A DNA stretch of 64,000 bases. Source: a virus (Duplodnaviria; Caudoviricetes). This document shows, one piece after another, positions 46,691-57,157 of this stretch (its first letter is position 1; the number at the start of each line of letters is the position of its first letter). The stretch spans positions 1 to 64,000 of the IMG/VR virus record IMGVR_UViG_3300042470_001171; one strand, given 5' to 3'. The notes beneath the pieces were generated by a model. That model did not search any database. It worked only from the letters and a program-made list of their open reading frames with translations, and was not told the origin of the DNA. Position numbers and translations under genes: made by a program.

Positions 46691-47203
46691 ATGGCTGTCT
46701 CTGTCGAATACACTGCCACTGGCATCAGCCTAGCCCAGTATGCGGCTAAGGTTTCTGACCTAGGCCCGGTGCTGAATGCTACAGGGGCCTATATCGAGCG
46801 CCTATCCAAGGAAGCCATCATCCGTGGCCAGACCATTGGCGGCAAGCCCCTAGCGCCCCTGGCCCCGTCCACTGTGGCCGAAAAGCAATACCGCAAGAAG
46901 GCCCGGGGCATCCTGCGCCGCGATGGCGGCCTACTGGCTAGCCTAGCCTTTGCCCGCACCAGCGCTACCGAGGTGCAGGTGGGCACTAACCTGGAGTATG
47001 CGCCATGGGTGATCCTAGGCACCCAGCCCTATACCATCCGGCCCCAGAGTGCAGCCCGGCTGCGGTTCTATGGCCAGGATGGCTGGCGTAGTGCCAAGCA
47101 GGTCAACCATCCTGGACTGCCGGAGCGTAATATTTTTGATGGGTTCCAAGACAAGGCGATCCCATTCTTTGTTGATGCCTTTGGAAAATACCTGGAGTCC
47201 TGA
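46691..47203 (+). CDS. Phage virion morphogenesis protein (Mu gpG-like)
   Basis: APLAPST...ILRRDGGLLASL...VGTNLEYA. Confidence 0.8.
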   Translation: MAVSVEYTATGISLAQYAAKVSDLGPVLNATGAYIERLSKEAIIRGQTIGGKPLAPLAPSTVAEKQYRKKARGILRRDGGLLASLAFARTSATEVQVGTNLEYAPWVILGTQPYTIRPQSAARLRFYGQDGWRSAKQVNHPGLPERNIFDGFQDKAIPFFVDAFGKYLES

Positions 47204-47625
47204 TGAACACCCCATTCAGCCTAACTACAACCCTGATCCCTGTCCTGGTGGCCCGGCTGTCGCCCATTGCTGCCCTAGGCGTAGCGGTGCAAGGATTGCC
47301 CGATAGCAGACGCGAGAGCGGTTTTGTTGCCAATGATGCGGTAACGCTAGCCTGGATCGCCTGGAGCCCTGTCCAGGGGGCAGGGAACAGCGTTTCCGGG
47401 GCTGTTACCCAAACCATTACCTTGAACTGTCGCATATCGGTGCGTAAGCTTAGCCTACGGGACCAGGTAGCCGATCTGTTGTACCAGCGGCTAGCGGGCT
47501 GGCAGGTTAGCCAAGGAACATTCCTGCAGTATGGCGGCAGTGAAATTATCCCACCGGCTGACAATGACCCAGACTACCGCCAGGATGTGCGCTTTGCCAT
47601 GGTGGTTCAGAACCGGCCAGGGTGA
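47203..47625 (+). CDS. Putative tail terminator protein
   Basis: Size and position before tail tube; TGATG overlap. Confidence 0.5.
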   Translation: MNTPFSLTTTLIPVLVARLSPIAALGVAVQGLPDSRRESGFVANDAVTLAWIAWSPVQGAGNSVSGAVTQTITLNCRISVRKLSLRDQVADLLYQRLAGWQVSQGTFLQYGGSEIIPPADNDPDYRQDVRFAMVVQNRPG

Positions 47626-47707
47626 TGGGCACTCTTAAACCAGTGGGCGTGATGCCCCTAAAGATGGCGTGATGCCAGCATCCCACTAAAGCTTTAGAGG
47701 CAAAATC

Positions 47708-48484
47708 ATGTTCAAAGGTATTGGCGATCCGTGGATCCGCACCACGGCATTCTCTGGCACCAGCGCAAACGATCAACGAATGATGGTGCTGGGGCTACTA
47801 AGTTTCGAGTTGACGGCTGAATCTGAGTCCAAAGAATCGCAAAAGTTTAACAGCGAAGGTACCCTGGTTACCGCTAGCCGGGTGAAGGGCTCCACCAGCT
47901 ATAGCTTTACGCTGTCCTACAACGAAGTGGACTGGGGCACCCTGGGCTTTGCCCTAAACCAGTTTCCCCGCTCTGCCAGCGCTGTCACCATTCCTACCCT
48001 CAAGTATGGCACCGTCCCCGCGGCCGGGCCCTACACCATCACCGATGCAGGCATCAGCGCCTCTAACGTGTCGGTGGTAATCACCAAGTCCGGCGCGTGG
48101 GGCCAAGCTGGCCAGGCGCTGACGGTGGGTGGCTCTGGTGCCGGTACCGTTGCAGTGTCGGGTACGACGCTGACCTTCAATGCAGCCCAGGCGGGCGCTA
48201 GCGTGGCCTACCTGGCCTATGCCAGCTCCACCTACAATGCTCAGGACTATGGCGGTCCTACGGGCGGCAAGAGCTGGGGTACGTTCGAGTTTTGGGGCAC
48301 TATCTTTATGCCAACGCTTAGCAGTGGCACCAAGATCTACATCCCCGAAGCGTCGATCTCCGAAGACCCGACCATCACCATTGATGACGGGGTGCCAACG
48401 GTTGAGGTGGTCTGTGGTATGTCCACGCCAGCGGGCTGGGATAAGCCATTCCGTATCTTCAACCTGGATACGGCAACAGTCTAG
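47708..48484 (+). CDS. Putative major tail tube protein
   Basis: Beta-rich 258 aa, two genes upstream of tape measure. Confidence 0.65.
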   Translation: MFKGIGDPWIRTTAFSGTSANDQRMMVLGLLSFELTAESESKESQKFNSEGTLVTASRVKGSTSYSFTLSYNEVDWGTLGFALNQFPRSASAVTIPTLKYGTVPAAGPYTITDAGISASNVSVVITKSGAWGQAGQALTVGGSGAGTVAVSGTTLTFNAAQAGASVAYLAYASSTYNAQDYGGPTGGKSWGTFEFWGTIFMPTLSSGTKIYIPEASISEDPTITIDDGVPTVEVVCGMSTPAGWDKPFRIFNLDTATV

Positions 48485-48494
48485 GTAAGCGGCT

Positions 48495-49103
48495 ATGCCC
48501 TGGGTTAGTGACGATGACGGGTTTGACTACCGGCTATTGACGACTGGAGCGCTTGAGTTTCGGGACCGTCATGGCCGGTATCAACTGGTCTGGGGTTGCA
48601 ATGCCCAGGGCTGGCATGAATTTTGGGATCGGCTGGATCTGGTGCGGGAATTGCTAGCCAGCGCGCCGGATGACAAAACGTTGAGTGAACTATACCTGGA
48701 GCATCCAGCCTTTAGGCGACACTGTGACCGATGCCTGGAATTGAATGGCATCGACCCTGACTGGGTATCGCCCATGCTGATGCGCTGGCTATTGTTCCCC
48801 GCCGATGGCGAAACGCCAGCCCCCCTGGTGGCCCTCAATAGCCCCTACCCGGCCAAGCATCCACCCTTGCTAGGTGGTGAGCCGGTCAGTAGCCGGGTGG
48901 AGCTGCTAGCGGCCTTAGCGGCAGTCTGTGATGGCAACATGGCCGATGCGGTGGAGCTAGCCAATAGTACCCCCGCCAGGGATCTGCTAGCCGCGATGCA
49001 GTCCAGGGCCTGGGCGATGGCCAGCCAGGACGAAAAGGACAAGGCAATCTTGACCCAAAAGAAACGAGAAATGGCAGAGGCAAGGGGGCTGAACCGTGGC
49101 TGA
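48495..49103 (+). CDS. Putative tail assembly chaperone
   Basis: Position between tube and tape measure. Confidence 0.5.
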   Translation: MPWVSDDDGFDYRLLTTGALEFRDRHGRYQLVWGCNAQGWHEFWDRLDLVRELLASAPDDKTLSELYLEHPAFRRHCDRCLELNGIDPDWVSPMLMRWLLFPADGETPAPLVALNSPYPAKHPPLLGGEPVSSRVELLAALAAVCDGNMADAVELANSTPARDLLAAMQSRAWAMASQDEKDKAILTQKKREMAEARGLNRG

Positions 49104-52100
49104 TTTACGACTTGGGGTAAAGATCGGTGTCCAGGGTGGCGCTCAGTCGGCCAAAGAGATCCGTAACCTGGATGATCAGGTAAAGCGCCTGCAGGAACAA
49201 AATGCAAAGGCGGCCAGTACAGCCAAGTCCCTTGGCGCAGCCTATAACCTAAGTGGGGCTGAGGTAGACCAGCTGATCAACGAACTACGGCAGCTCGAAG
49301 GCCAGACCCGATCAACAGCAGGCGAGGCCAGAAAGCTGGATGCGGTATTCCAGGGGCTACTGCAGGGCTTTGGGCAACAGCTAACCCAGATTGGGTTTCA
49401 AGCCTTCAACAGCGCCGTCAGAGGCGTTGGTAATGTTATTGGTGGATCCATTTCAAGTTTTGTAGAGTTTCAGGGCGCACTGCAGCAGGCCGGTGCGATT
49501 AGCCAGAGCATTGGCACTCCTCAGTTTGAGGCGCTGGGCAACGAGATCGAGCGGCTGGGGATCGTCACGAGTAAGACACCTATCGAAATCGCCAAGACTG
49601 CTGTTGAATTAACTAGGGCGGGCTTTAGTGCGACAGAAACAGCTGACGCTCTTGAAGGCATTGCCAGGGCATCAGAGGCAACAGGAGAATCATTGGCGAC
49701 AGTCGGTGATATTGTGGCCAAGACGCTGCGGGCCTATGGGTTGCAGGCTAGTCAAAGCCTGGAGGTCGCTAATACTTTGGTGGCAACAGCAAACGCCACC
49801 AATACATCGGTATCAGGCCTCGGAGAGTCGTTCAAATATGTAGCCCCAGCTGCTGCTGCCGCTAATCAGTCTGTAGCAACTTCGGCTATTTTGCTAGGTG
49901 CATTGGGTGATGCTGGTATTCAAGGTAGCCAGGCGGGAACTAACCTTGCTGCAGCACTAGACAGGCTAAAGACTGCTTCGGCTGGCGCAAACAGTGAATA
50001 TGGCGATCTGGTCAAGGGAAACAAGAAGGCTACCCAGGCCTATGATCTGTTGGCGGCTAGCGTCAGAGATAGCAATGGCGAAGTCAGGGATCTGCTGCAA
50101 GTGATCCCCGAGATCCAAGCAGGCTTAGAAAACTTAAGCTCAGGCGATCAAGACCTAGTGCTTAAAGCTTTGTTTGGCATTGAAGGTGGTCGAGCGTTTC
50201 AAACCATTGCTAATACATCCATTGAGCGGATCCAAGAGATCACCGAAGAGGTTGCGGTATTAAGCCAGGAAGGGGAAGGTGCTGCAGTTAAGACCGGTAA
50301 ACTTTTGCTGGAGGGATTGTCAGGTAGCCTGGATCTGATTGGTGGATCCATTGGGACACTTAGAAATCAGCTGGGTGAGGCGTTTGGCCCGGCGCTGGAA
50401 GGATCCATCCGGTTTTTGACCGATGTGATTAATAAAATTATTGAAGCTGGCGATAGTTTTTCCGCCATCCAAGACGCTGGCACGCGTTTTGCTGAAACAT
50501 TGCGCGGCAATCCAGAGTTTGTGATTGAGCTGGCTAACGCATTTACAGACATCGCCAAGATACTTAGCCAGGGCATCGCTGATCAGATAAACCGAATCAC
50601 CACGGCACTGCAGACCAACCCACAAATCATCAGCGAGTTAGCCGCCAGGTTTGTTAGCGCCGCTGAGGCGGCTGGCCGGTTTGTGGCCTCCCTGCTGCAG
50701 ATCGCTGGTACTGTCGGCAGGATTGGCGCATCGTTTGCTGGTGCAGCTGGATCTTTGTTTACCAGTCTTGCCCCCACCCTGAGCGCATTGGTCGGAGTCA
50801 TCAATAGCGCAGTTCAAGCACTCCAGCCTTTGCTGTCCAATACCAAGCTGGTGGAGGTAGCCTTCCAAGCATTAGTAGTGCAGATGATTGCTGTGCGGGC
50901 TCAGAACTTAGTCAGCACATTTACCCAGATTACTGGCGGCCTTGTCGCCATGACCAGAAGCGTTATCGCTTCAACTGCAGCTACAAGAGCGCTGGCTACC
51001 GCCCAGGCCACGGGATCCAGGTCCGGCCTGCTATTGGCCCAGAACTTGGCTGCCCAAGGTGCTGCCGCCAGGACTGCGATCCAGGGCTTTGCCGGGGCCG
51101 CCGCCGCTGGCGCACAGTTCGCATTGCTGGCTGGAGCAATAGCTTCGGTGTCAGTCGCCTTGAGCCGGTTCAAGGATGGCGGCGCAGCGCTTAATGAAGG
51201 TGCTGACGACATTCGTAAGAGCTTGGCAGAAGTCCAGCTTGAACTGCAAGGAACCAGCAGCCAAGCTGCAGCCACTCAGCAGGGTTTACTGGAGTTGTTC
51301 CCTGCAGAGCCCCCGCCGACTGACTTTCTTGACAAAATTACTGAAAAGTTGGTGCAGATTAGGGAACGAATTGACGGGATTATAAAGTCTGTTCCTGGTA
51401 TGCAGCAGGCACTTCTTTTGGTGCCAGGTGCAAACGTAGCTCTTAACTTGCTGCCCGATACTACCAATGCTGAAAAGCAGCTTAATGACCAAAAGATAGC
51501 ATTAGAAAATATACTCACTGCCACCGATGAGGTGATTCGATCAACAGAACAATTTGGTACGACAGGGGTTAACGCCACTGGTCAGTACGTCAGTTCGCAA
51601 AAGCAAGCCCAAACCCAGCTTGAAGCTATTAATGCCACCCTGCTAGGGCTACAACGCCAGCAGGAAGGCTTGGATCCGGCCACGCTTGGGGCTGATGCGT
51701 ATCAGCAATTTACCACCCAGATCAATGCGTCTATCAAAGCATTAGAGCAAGAAAAGCTAGAGTTTCAGCGACGTTTTGACTTGGTGGACAGTTACCAGGA
51801 TCTAGTGACTCAGAACGCTAAGGCTTTACAGAAAATTGAGACAGATTCTCTCAACGCCCAGGCTAAGCTTGTCGAGGCAGGCGAGCCCCAGACGCGCATT
51901 TTGCAGGTTGAAGCTGACGCACTAAACAAGCGGGTAGCTCAAAATCGGGTATATGCCGACAAGCTAAAGACAGCTATTGAGGCTGGTATCTTGGATCCCA
52001 AAGAAGTCCAGCAGGCTCAGCTAGAAATTGAGTCTATCGAGCGTGATTCTGCTGATGCACGGCTGGCGATTGCTAACAAGCAGAAAGAGATCGCTCAGGC

Positions 52101-53643
52101 TGTAAGTGATGCGTTGGCTGATTCGGCTGAGGAACAGAAAAAAAGCCTTGAAGGGCTTACTGCCGCCAACCAGAAAGCCTTGTCCGACCTGGAGCTAGCC
52201 GCTGCCAACACCCGGGCTACCATCCTGGAGGCAGGCGGGGATCCGGCCAAGCTAGCTCAGGCGGAGCAGCAAGCTTTGAAAGATCGCATTGATGCTAACA
52301 AAGACTTCCTGGCTCAGCTAAAGGAGCTGACCCCGGCTGAGGGCGAGGAGGCCCAAAAGACTGCCGACCAGATCCGCCAGACTGAGCTAACCCTAGCCAA
52401 TGACCGGGTTGCCTTGGCCCAGCAGGTGCTTGAGGCGAAGGTAAAGGCGGCAGAAGAGGTAGCCAAGGCGGAAGTGGACCGGCTCAAGGAAGCGCGAGAC
52501 ACTGAGAGGGAGTCTGCACAGACGGAATTTGATACTCAGCAGGAGCAGGCTAGGAAAAGGTTTGGCGACGAGGATCGGGCGCGACAGGAGGCATTTGACG
52601 AAACACAGCAAAATAGTCGAGAAGCCTTTAATGAAAGCCAGCGAGATGCTGATGAAGCCTTTCAATTACGACAACAGAATGCGCAGAAAGCCTTCCAAAA
52701 GGCTCAACAAGCAGAGGCAAAACGATTCCAGGACCAGCTAAATGCAGAACGGGACCGGGGCAACCGGGAGTTTGACGCACTGCAAAAAGAGGTAGACCGT
52801 CGTGCCCAACTGGCTGAGGCGACCGGGGCGGAGCGGGCCGACTTGCAGCGTCAGTTTGATGAAGAAGATCGCCGGGCCAAAGAACGACGCAAGATTGAGC
52901 AGCAAGTGCTTAATCAGCGTGGATCCGTACTAGCTGATCAGGGCGACTTACTAAACCTGTCTCCCCTAGAACAGGCCAGGGCTGCATTTGAACAATCCTT
53001 GCAGGAAAAGCAAGTCGCATTTGACGAGCAGCAACAGATTGCACAGGAAGCGTTTGAGGTTAGGCAGCGAGCGGATCAGAAAATATTTGAGGACCAACAG
53101 AAGGAAGACCAAAGGCTTTTTGATAAAGTCCAACGAGAAGACCAGAAACTTTTTGAAACATCCCAGCAAGTTCTTCAAGAGCAGTTTCAGTCACGGCAGC
53201 AAGCAGCTGAAGCAGCCTTCAACGCCCAGCAACGCCAGCTAGACGAGCAAAGCGCCCAACGTCAGGCCGCTATCCTTGAGGCGGCTAGCCGTGGCATTGC
53301 GCCCCAGGTGCAGGCCCGGCGTGATGGTGGCCCGGTTGCGGCTGGCCAGCCCTACTTGGTAGGCGAGGAAGGCCCTGAGCTGATCACCCCCACCCGTCGG
53401 GGCTGGGTGCATACTGCAGGCGAGACAGCGGCTATCATGGCCCGTCAGCCCGTTATGGCCATCAAGCCCCAGTCTATAGCAGGCGTCGAGGCTAAGCTGT
53501 CGGAGCTGTTGCAAGAGGTGCGCCGGGGGCGGCGAGTGGTGGCCCCCACTAGCTTTACCCTGAACACTCAGAACCCGCTCAGTGATGCGGTGGAGCTACA
53601 GATCAAGCAAGTTAGGGCGCTGGCCCGGGGGAGGGTACTGTAA
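49096..53643 (+). CDS. Tail tape measure protein (TP901-like core)
   Basis: 1515 aa helical; LGESFKYVAP, GIQGSQAGT, GGPV..GQPYLVGEEGPEL. Confidence 0.92.
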   Translation: MADLRLGVKIGVQGGAQSAKEIRNLDDQVKRLQEQNAKAASTAKSLGAAYNLSGAEVDQLINELRQLEGQTRSTAGEARKLDAVFQGLLQGFGQQLTQIGFQAFNSAVRGVGNVIGGSISSFVEFQGALQQAGAISQSIGTPQFEALGNEIERLGIVTSKTPIEIAKTAVELTRAGFSATETADALEGIARASEATGESLATVGDIVAKTLRAYGLQASQSLEVANTLVATANATNTSVSGLGESFKYVAPAAAAANQSVATSAILLGALGDAGIQGSQAGTNLAAALDRLKTASAGANSEYGDLVKGNKKATQAYDLLAASVRDSNGEVRDLLQVIPEIQAGLENLSSGDQDLVLKALFGIEGGRAFQTIANTSIERIQEITEEVAVLSQEGEGAAVKTGKLLLEGLSGSLDLIGGSIGTLRNQLGEAFGPALEGSIRFLTDVINKIIEAGDSFSAIQDAGTRFAETLRGNPEFVIELANAFTDIAKILSQGIADQINRITTALQTNPQIISELAARFVSAAEAAGRFVASLLQIAGTVGRIGASFAGAAGSLFTSLAPTLSALVGVINSAVQALQPLLSNTKLVEVAFQALVVQMIAVRAQNLVSTFTQITGGLVAMTRSVIASTAATRALATAQATGSRSGLLLAQNLAAQGAAARTAIQGFAGAAAAGAQFALLAGAIASVSVALSRFKDGGAALNEGADDIRKSLAEVQLELQGTSSQAAATQQGLLELFPAEPPPTDFLDKITEKLVQIRERIDGIIKSVPGMQQALLLVPGANVALNLLPDTTNAEKQLNDQKIALENILTATDEVIRSTEQFGTTGVNATGQYVSSQKQAQTQLEAINATLLGLQRQQEGLDPATLGADAYQQFTTQINASIKALEQEKLEFQRRFDLVDSYQDLVTQNAKALQKIETDSLNAQAKLVEAGEPQTRILQVEADALNKRVAQNRVYADKLKTAIEAGILDPKEVQQAQLEIESIERDSADARLAIANKQKEIAQAVSDALADSAEEQKKSLEGLTAANQKALSDLELAAANTRATILEAGGDPAKLAQAEQQALKDRIDANKDFLAQLKELTPAEGEEAQKTADQIRQTELTLANDRVALAQQVLEAKVKAAEEVAKAEVDRLKEARDTERESAQTEFDTQQEQARKRFGDEDRARQEAFDETQQNSREAFNESQRDADEAFQLRQQNAQKAFQKAQQAEAKRFQDQLNAERDRGNREFDALQKEVDRRAQLAEATGAERADLQRQFDEEDRRAKERRKIEQQVLNQRGSVLADQGDLLNLSPLEQARAAFEQSLQEKQVAFDEQQQIAQEAFEVRQRADQKIFEDQQKEDQRLFDKVQREDQKLFETSQQVLQEQFQSRQQAAEAAFNAQQRQLDEQSAQRQAAILEAASRGIAPQVQARRDGGPVAAGQPYLVGEEGPELITPTRRGWVHTAGETAAIMARQPVMAIKPQSIAGVEAKLSELLQEVRRGRRVVAPTSFTLNTQNPLSDAVELQIKQVRALARGRVL

Positions 53644-54158
53644 TGGCAGCAGGGGAAATCAGGATCGGCATTGCTGGCAATAGCACCACCAACTTCAACA
53701 CCGCCAGCCTGGCTGTACTAACTTTGTACCGGGGCGAGGAAGGTATATCCTTCAGCCAGCGGGCCGCTATCGGCTATGACACCACGGGCACGCCCACCAA
53801 CTGGGGCACCACCCCGATCATCGGCCCTGCCTATGCGCCTAGGTTCCTGTGGACCTTGACGCCCTGGCTAACCACCAGCGAGGCCCAACACCTAGAGGCC
53901 CTGGCCATCTATCAGAAGTCCACTCAAAATGCCCTCAGGCTGATTGATGAAGTCGATCAGGTGGTTATAGACTCAACCTATAACAACCGCACCTTGCTAA
54001 GCCAGACAACGCCCTCCTGGGGGCCAGGCTATCGGGTAGGCTATGGCGTGTTTTCGGTGCAGCTACAGCTAGAGGATGCCTGGAGTGAATATATTGGCCA
54101 ATGGGCGGAGGATGACTCCGGAGCCAGGGCGGCGACGATTACCGCCGTCGAGCTTTGA
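53643..54158 (+). CDS. Putative distal tail protein
   Basis: TAATG overlap with tape measure. Confidence 0.55.
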   Translation: MAAGEIRIGIAGNSTTNFNTASLAVLTLYRGEEGISFSQRAAIGYDTTGTPTNWGTTPIIGPAYAPRFLWTLTPWLTTSEAQHLEALAIYQKSTQNALRLIDEVDQVVIDSTYNNRTLLSQTTPSWGPGYRVGYGVFSVQLQLEDAWSEYIGQWAEDDSGARAATITAVEL

Positions 54159-54888
54159 TGACCATGCAAAAGCCATAGTCAGCGCCAACTTTATCGCCTA
54201 AGTCTTGCAGTATTTCAACGACAGATGGATCCTGATCGGTCAGGTAGCGCACTGGCCCATCGACATCTGGGATCCCCCAGTAGGGCATCAGGAATGAGCC
54301 GCAGCTAGCTTCTATGCTGAACCCGGCAGACTCCATCATGGCGGTCATCTCGCTGAAGGTAAACTCTTTGACATGATCGTAGGAGCATAGAAAGTCGCCG
54401 TGGCCCAGAGCGCGATTGATACGCAGGTGGAGCGAGTCGCGGTTAGGGGTAGTTAGCACTAGCAGCCCGCCTGGGGCTAGCACCCGATGCCATTCCTTGA
54501 GCGCCCTGTCAGGCTCTAACAGGTGCTCGATGGCTTCCTTGGCGATGACGGTGTTGAAGGTGCCATCCTCAAAGTCAAGCTGGCATACATCACCCTGTTG
54601 GTAGCTAAATTCAGGAAATGCTTGCTGGGCTAGCGCGATAGCCACATCGCTAATGTCGATGCCCGTATAGTCAGCCAATGGATCCAAGTATGGCGCAGAG
54701 CCGCCCTGACCGCAGCATACTTCCAGGATCCGCCCTGGGTCATCGCCCAGGTAGGCCATTGTCTTTTGGTTGAGGTCTTCCATGCGGGCAATATCCCACA
54801 ATAGCTGCAGCGAATAGGCCGTATTGGTGTCATAGCGGCTATTCATCGATTCACGGATCTCTTCGGCTGTCTTTTCGCAGTATGTCAT
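54139..54888 (-). CDS. Class I SAM-dependent methyltransferase (Methyltransf_11-like), antisense within tail module
   Basis: ILEVCCGQG, GIDIS, GDV, EHL...RVLAPGG...TPN. Confidence 0.85.
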   Translation of the reverse strand: MTYCEKTAEEIRESMNSRYDTNTAYSLQLLWDIARMEDLNQKTMAYLGDDPGRILEVCCGQGGSAPYLDPLADYTGIDISDVAIALAQQAFPEFSYQQGDVCQLDFEDGTFNTVIAKEAIEHLLEPDRALKEWHRVLAPGGLLVLTTPNRDSLHLRINRALGHGDFLCSYDHVKEFTFSEMTAMMESAGFSIEASCGSFLMPYWGIPDVDGPVRYLTDQDPSVVEILQDLGDKVGADYGFCMVIKARRR

Positions 54889-54955
54889 AGTCCCTCAAAA
54901 TGCTGCTTCCAGAATGCCCAGGGCACCCTAAGGCTGTGACCTAGGGACAACAACC

Positions 54956-56908
54956 ATGCCTGCATTGATCCGCAGCCGACGCATACGGGTATTTATTGGC
55001 GCTGACCAGCAGGACTGGAGTACATCGGCGGGCGAGTTCTTGCCCCAGTGGGATAGCCTGTCAGAGTCGGGGCTGATTACCATATCGGCAACGCTGGAAA
55101 TTCTCAAAGTTAGCACCAACCCAGAAAGCATCGACCCCCGCGACAACCCAACCCGTTGGCGGCCCGGCCAGCTCGTCAGGGTCGAGGTAGCCAATAGTGC
55201 TGGAGCCTATGTCGTCCACCCGATGGGGCGCTTGTTCTTGCTGGAAGAGCCAGAGTTCCCGGCACCGGGGGAGGGCATTGTGTTGGAGCTAGGCTGTCGG
55301 CTGGCTTGGCACAATACCTTTGAGTACGACGATGAAAAGACCGGGGTGACGCTGGCTGCTGAGCTAAATTCAGGATCGGTTGTCATCAACTTGCTTAAGG
55401 CAAACGAGATCCTGCAAGCTGACATGGCCATAACAACGAACTGGCCCTATGGCGTAGTCAACCCAGACGGTAAAGGGCCGGGCGGCAGTTTTATTCAGCA
55501 AGCAGGCGAGATCGCCTACAGCAATGACTACCGGTTTTTGTACCAGAACACGGCAGGAACAGTGGTGGCTGGCCAGCTTAGCCTAGCCATAGCCAGCCCG
55601 ACAGCAACCATCACCCTGGGCACCAACGACGTGGCCTACCAAGCTGTGAAGACCGAGGGTAGTCCGCCAGACCAGATCAAGGTGGCGGGGTCAGGTGTTG
55701 TTAAGACCCGACTCAGGTATCCGATTGTTGATGTGGTGACAGTAGAAGGGGATAAGAGTCTTTATAAATACAGCAACTTTTTTGGGATTCAGACATGTGC
55801 CGGAGAAGGCACTATAGGCAGAACCACTACAAAAGTAGACCGCACGAAAAACGGAGCGCTGACCAATGAGGTAACAATTGTTCGTGAAGAAGGCATAACT
55901 GCTGGTGTTTCTAAAGATCCGGCAGTCGGGGCTAGTGGTCTTGCTGTTTGCGACTTAAGGAAATGGAAAACTACAACGACAACAAAAACGTTCAATGGTG
56001 CTAAGTTTGGCAGGCTAGAGCAGGAGATCCAGGAGATAGATCAAGAGCGTTTTACATATTTTGTTAGACAGGATGGGAGTTCTCAGATCGGATTTGTTGA
56101 TCTAGTCGGCAGGACGACCACAACTTACACTTACACTCAAGGCGAAACCGTTGAGCGCATAGAACGAGTCGAGGAGCAGATTCGATATTTGGTTGATGGA
56201 ACTTTGCAAAATCAACCTCCCTTTGAAACACCCAATACTCAACTTGTCGAAGTAAAGCGCGAGATTGACACATGGGAAAAGGTTGGCAAAGACACTTGGA
56301 AGAAAAGCCGCACTGAAAAGTATCCTCGCAAGTACAAGGACAATAACCCAGAAGGCGGTAGCGGAGCGCCGATCACCAGCAGCACTACGACGGTCAGCAA
56401 TTCTGGCGAGACGCAGCCACCCCGGGCTGAGCTTTTGGATGATGAATATTCCTTTGAAGATGTTGAATACCAGGCCACCATCAACTATACCCAGCCTGGC
56501 GGTGGCAGTGGCCGCACCAGAAAGCGGCTCTATGCCCTTCCCTATGGCTTCAGTCAGGCCCAGTGTGAAACCATGGCGCAGCTACACCTAAAGCTGATTG
56601 CAGGCCGCCACAGGGCCGCTATCGTCGAGCTACCGGTCACCGATGCACTGCTGACCGCGCCGCCCTTGTTTCCCTTCAATGTAGTAGAACCATCCGGGCG
56701 GATCTTGCACTACCGAGCCGATAGCGTCACCTGGGAGCATACGGTGGATACTTGCAAGGTGGCGGTGTCTGGCATCCTGGTGGGCACCACGCCAGCCCCG
56801 ACAGTGGGCAACCCCACCCCTGACCCAGAGCCCATCACTGGCACCATCGTGGTGGCTAATGCTGTGCCGGTCGAGGCCTCCGGCATTCAGGTGTTTGCCA
56901 CAGTATAA
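54956..56908 (+). CDS. Putative tail tip/hub protein
   Basis: 650 aa beta-rich; position after distal tail gene. Confidence 0.55.
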   Translation: MPALIRSRRIRVFIGADQQDWSTSAGEFLPQWDSLSESGLITISATLEILKVSTNPESIDPRDNPTRWRPGQLVRVEVANSAGAYVVHPMGRLFLLEEPEFPAPGEGIVLELGCRLAWHNTFEYDDEKTGVTLAAELNSGSVVINLLKANEILQADMAITTNWPYGVVNPDGKGPGGSFIQQAGEIAYSNDYRFLYQNTAGTVVAGQLSLAIASPTATITLGTNDVAYQAVKTEGSPPDQIKVAGSGVVKTRLRYPIVDVVTVEGDKSLYKYSNFFGIQTCAGEGTIGRTTTKVDRTKNGALTNEVTIVREEGITAGVSKDPAVGASGLAVCDLRKWKTTTTTKTFNGAKFGRLEQEIQEIDQERFTYFVRQDGSSQIGFVDLVGRTTTTYTYTQGETVERIERVEEQIRYLVDGTLQNQPPFETPNTQLVEVKREIDTWEKVGKDTWKKSRTEKYPRKYKDNNPEGGSGAPITSSTTTVSNSGETQPPRAELLDDEYSFEDVEYQATINYTQPGGGSGRTRKRLYALPYGFSQAQCETMAQLHLKLIAGRHRAAIVELPVTDALLTAPPLFPFNVVEPSGRILHYRADSVTWEHTVDTCKVAVSGILVGTTPAPTVGNPTPDPEPITGTIVVANAVPVEASGIQVFATV

Positions 56909-57157
56909 AAAACCCCCAGCATTTCCCAAGGTGCTGAGGGCTGAGAGTTAGGAGTTCGTGTGCAGGGCACAACCCAACTATAAACCGTAGGCTAGTGGCT
57001 GTCAACCGGCTGGGCACCCTATAGCTAGCTAGCCCGGTCCAGTCATGCGCACAGTTGCCATACTGCTAACCATCGTTATCGCTGCCACCTGGATCCAAGA
57101 TGCAGCCCGGAGACGTTCAGGTAGTGGCCGTCGAGTTTACCTTAGCCAGGAGAACCC

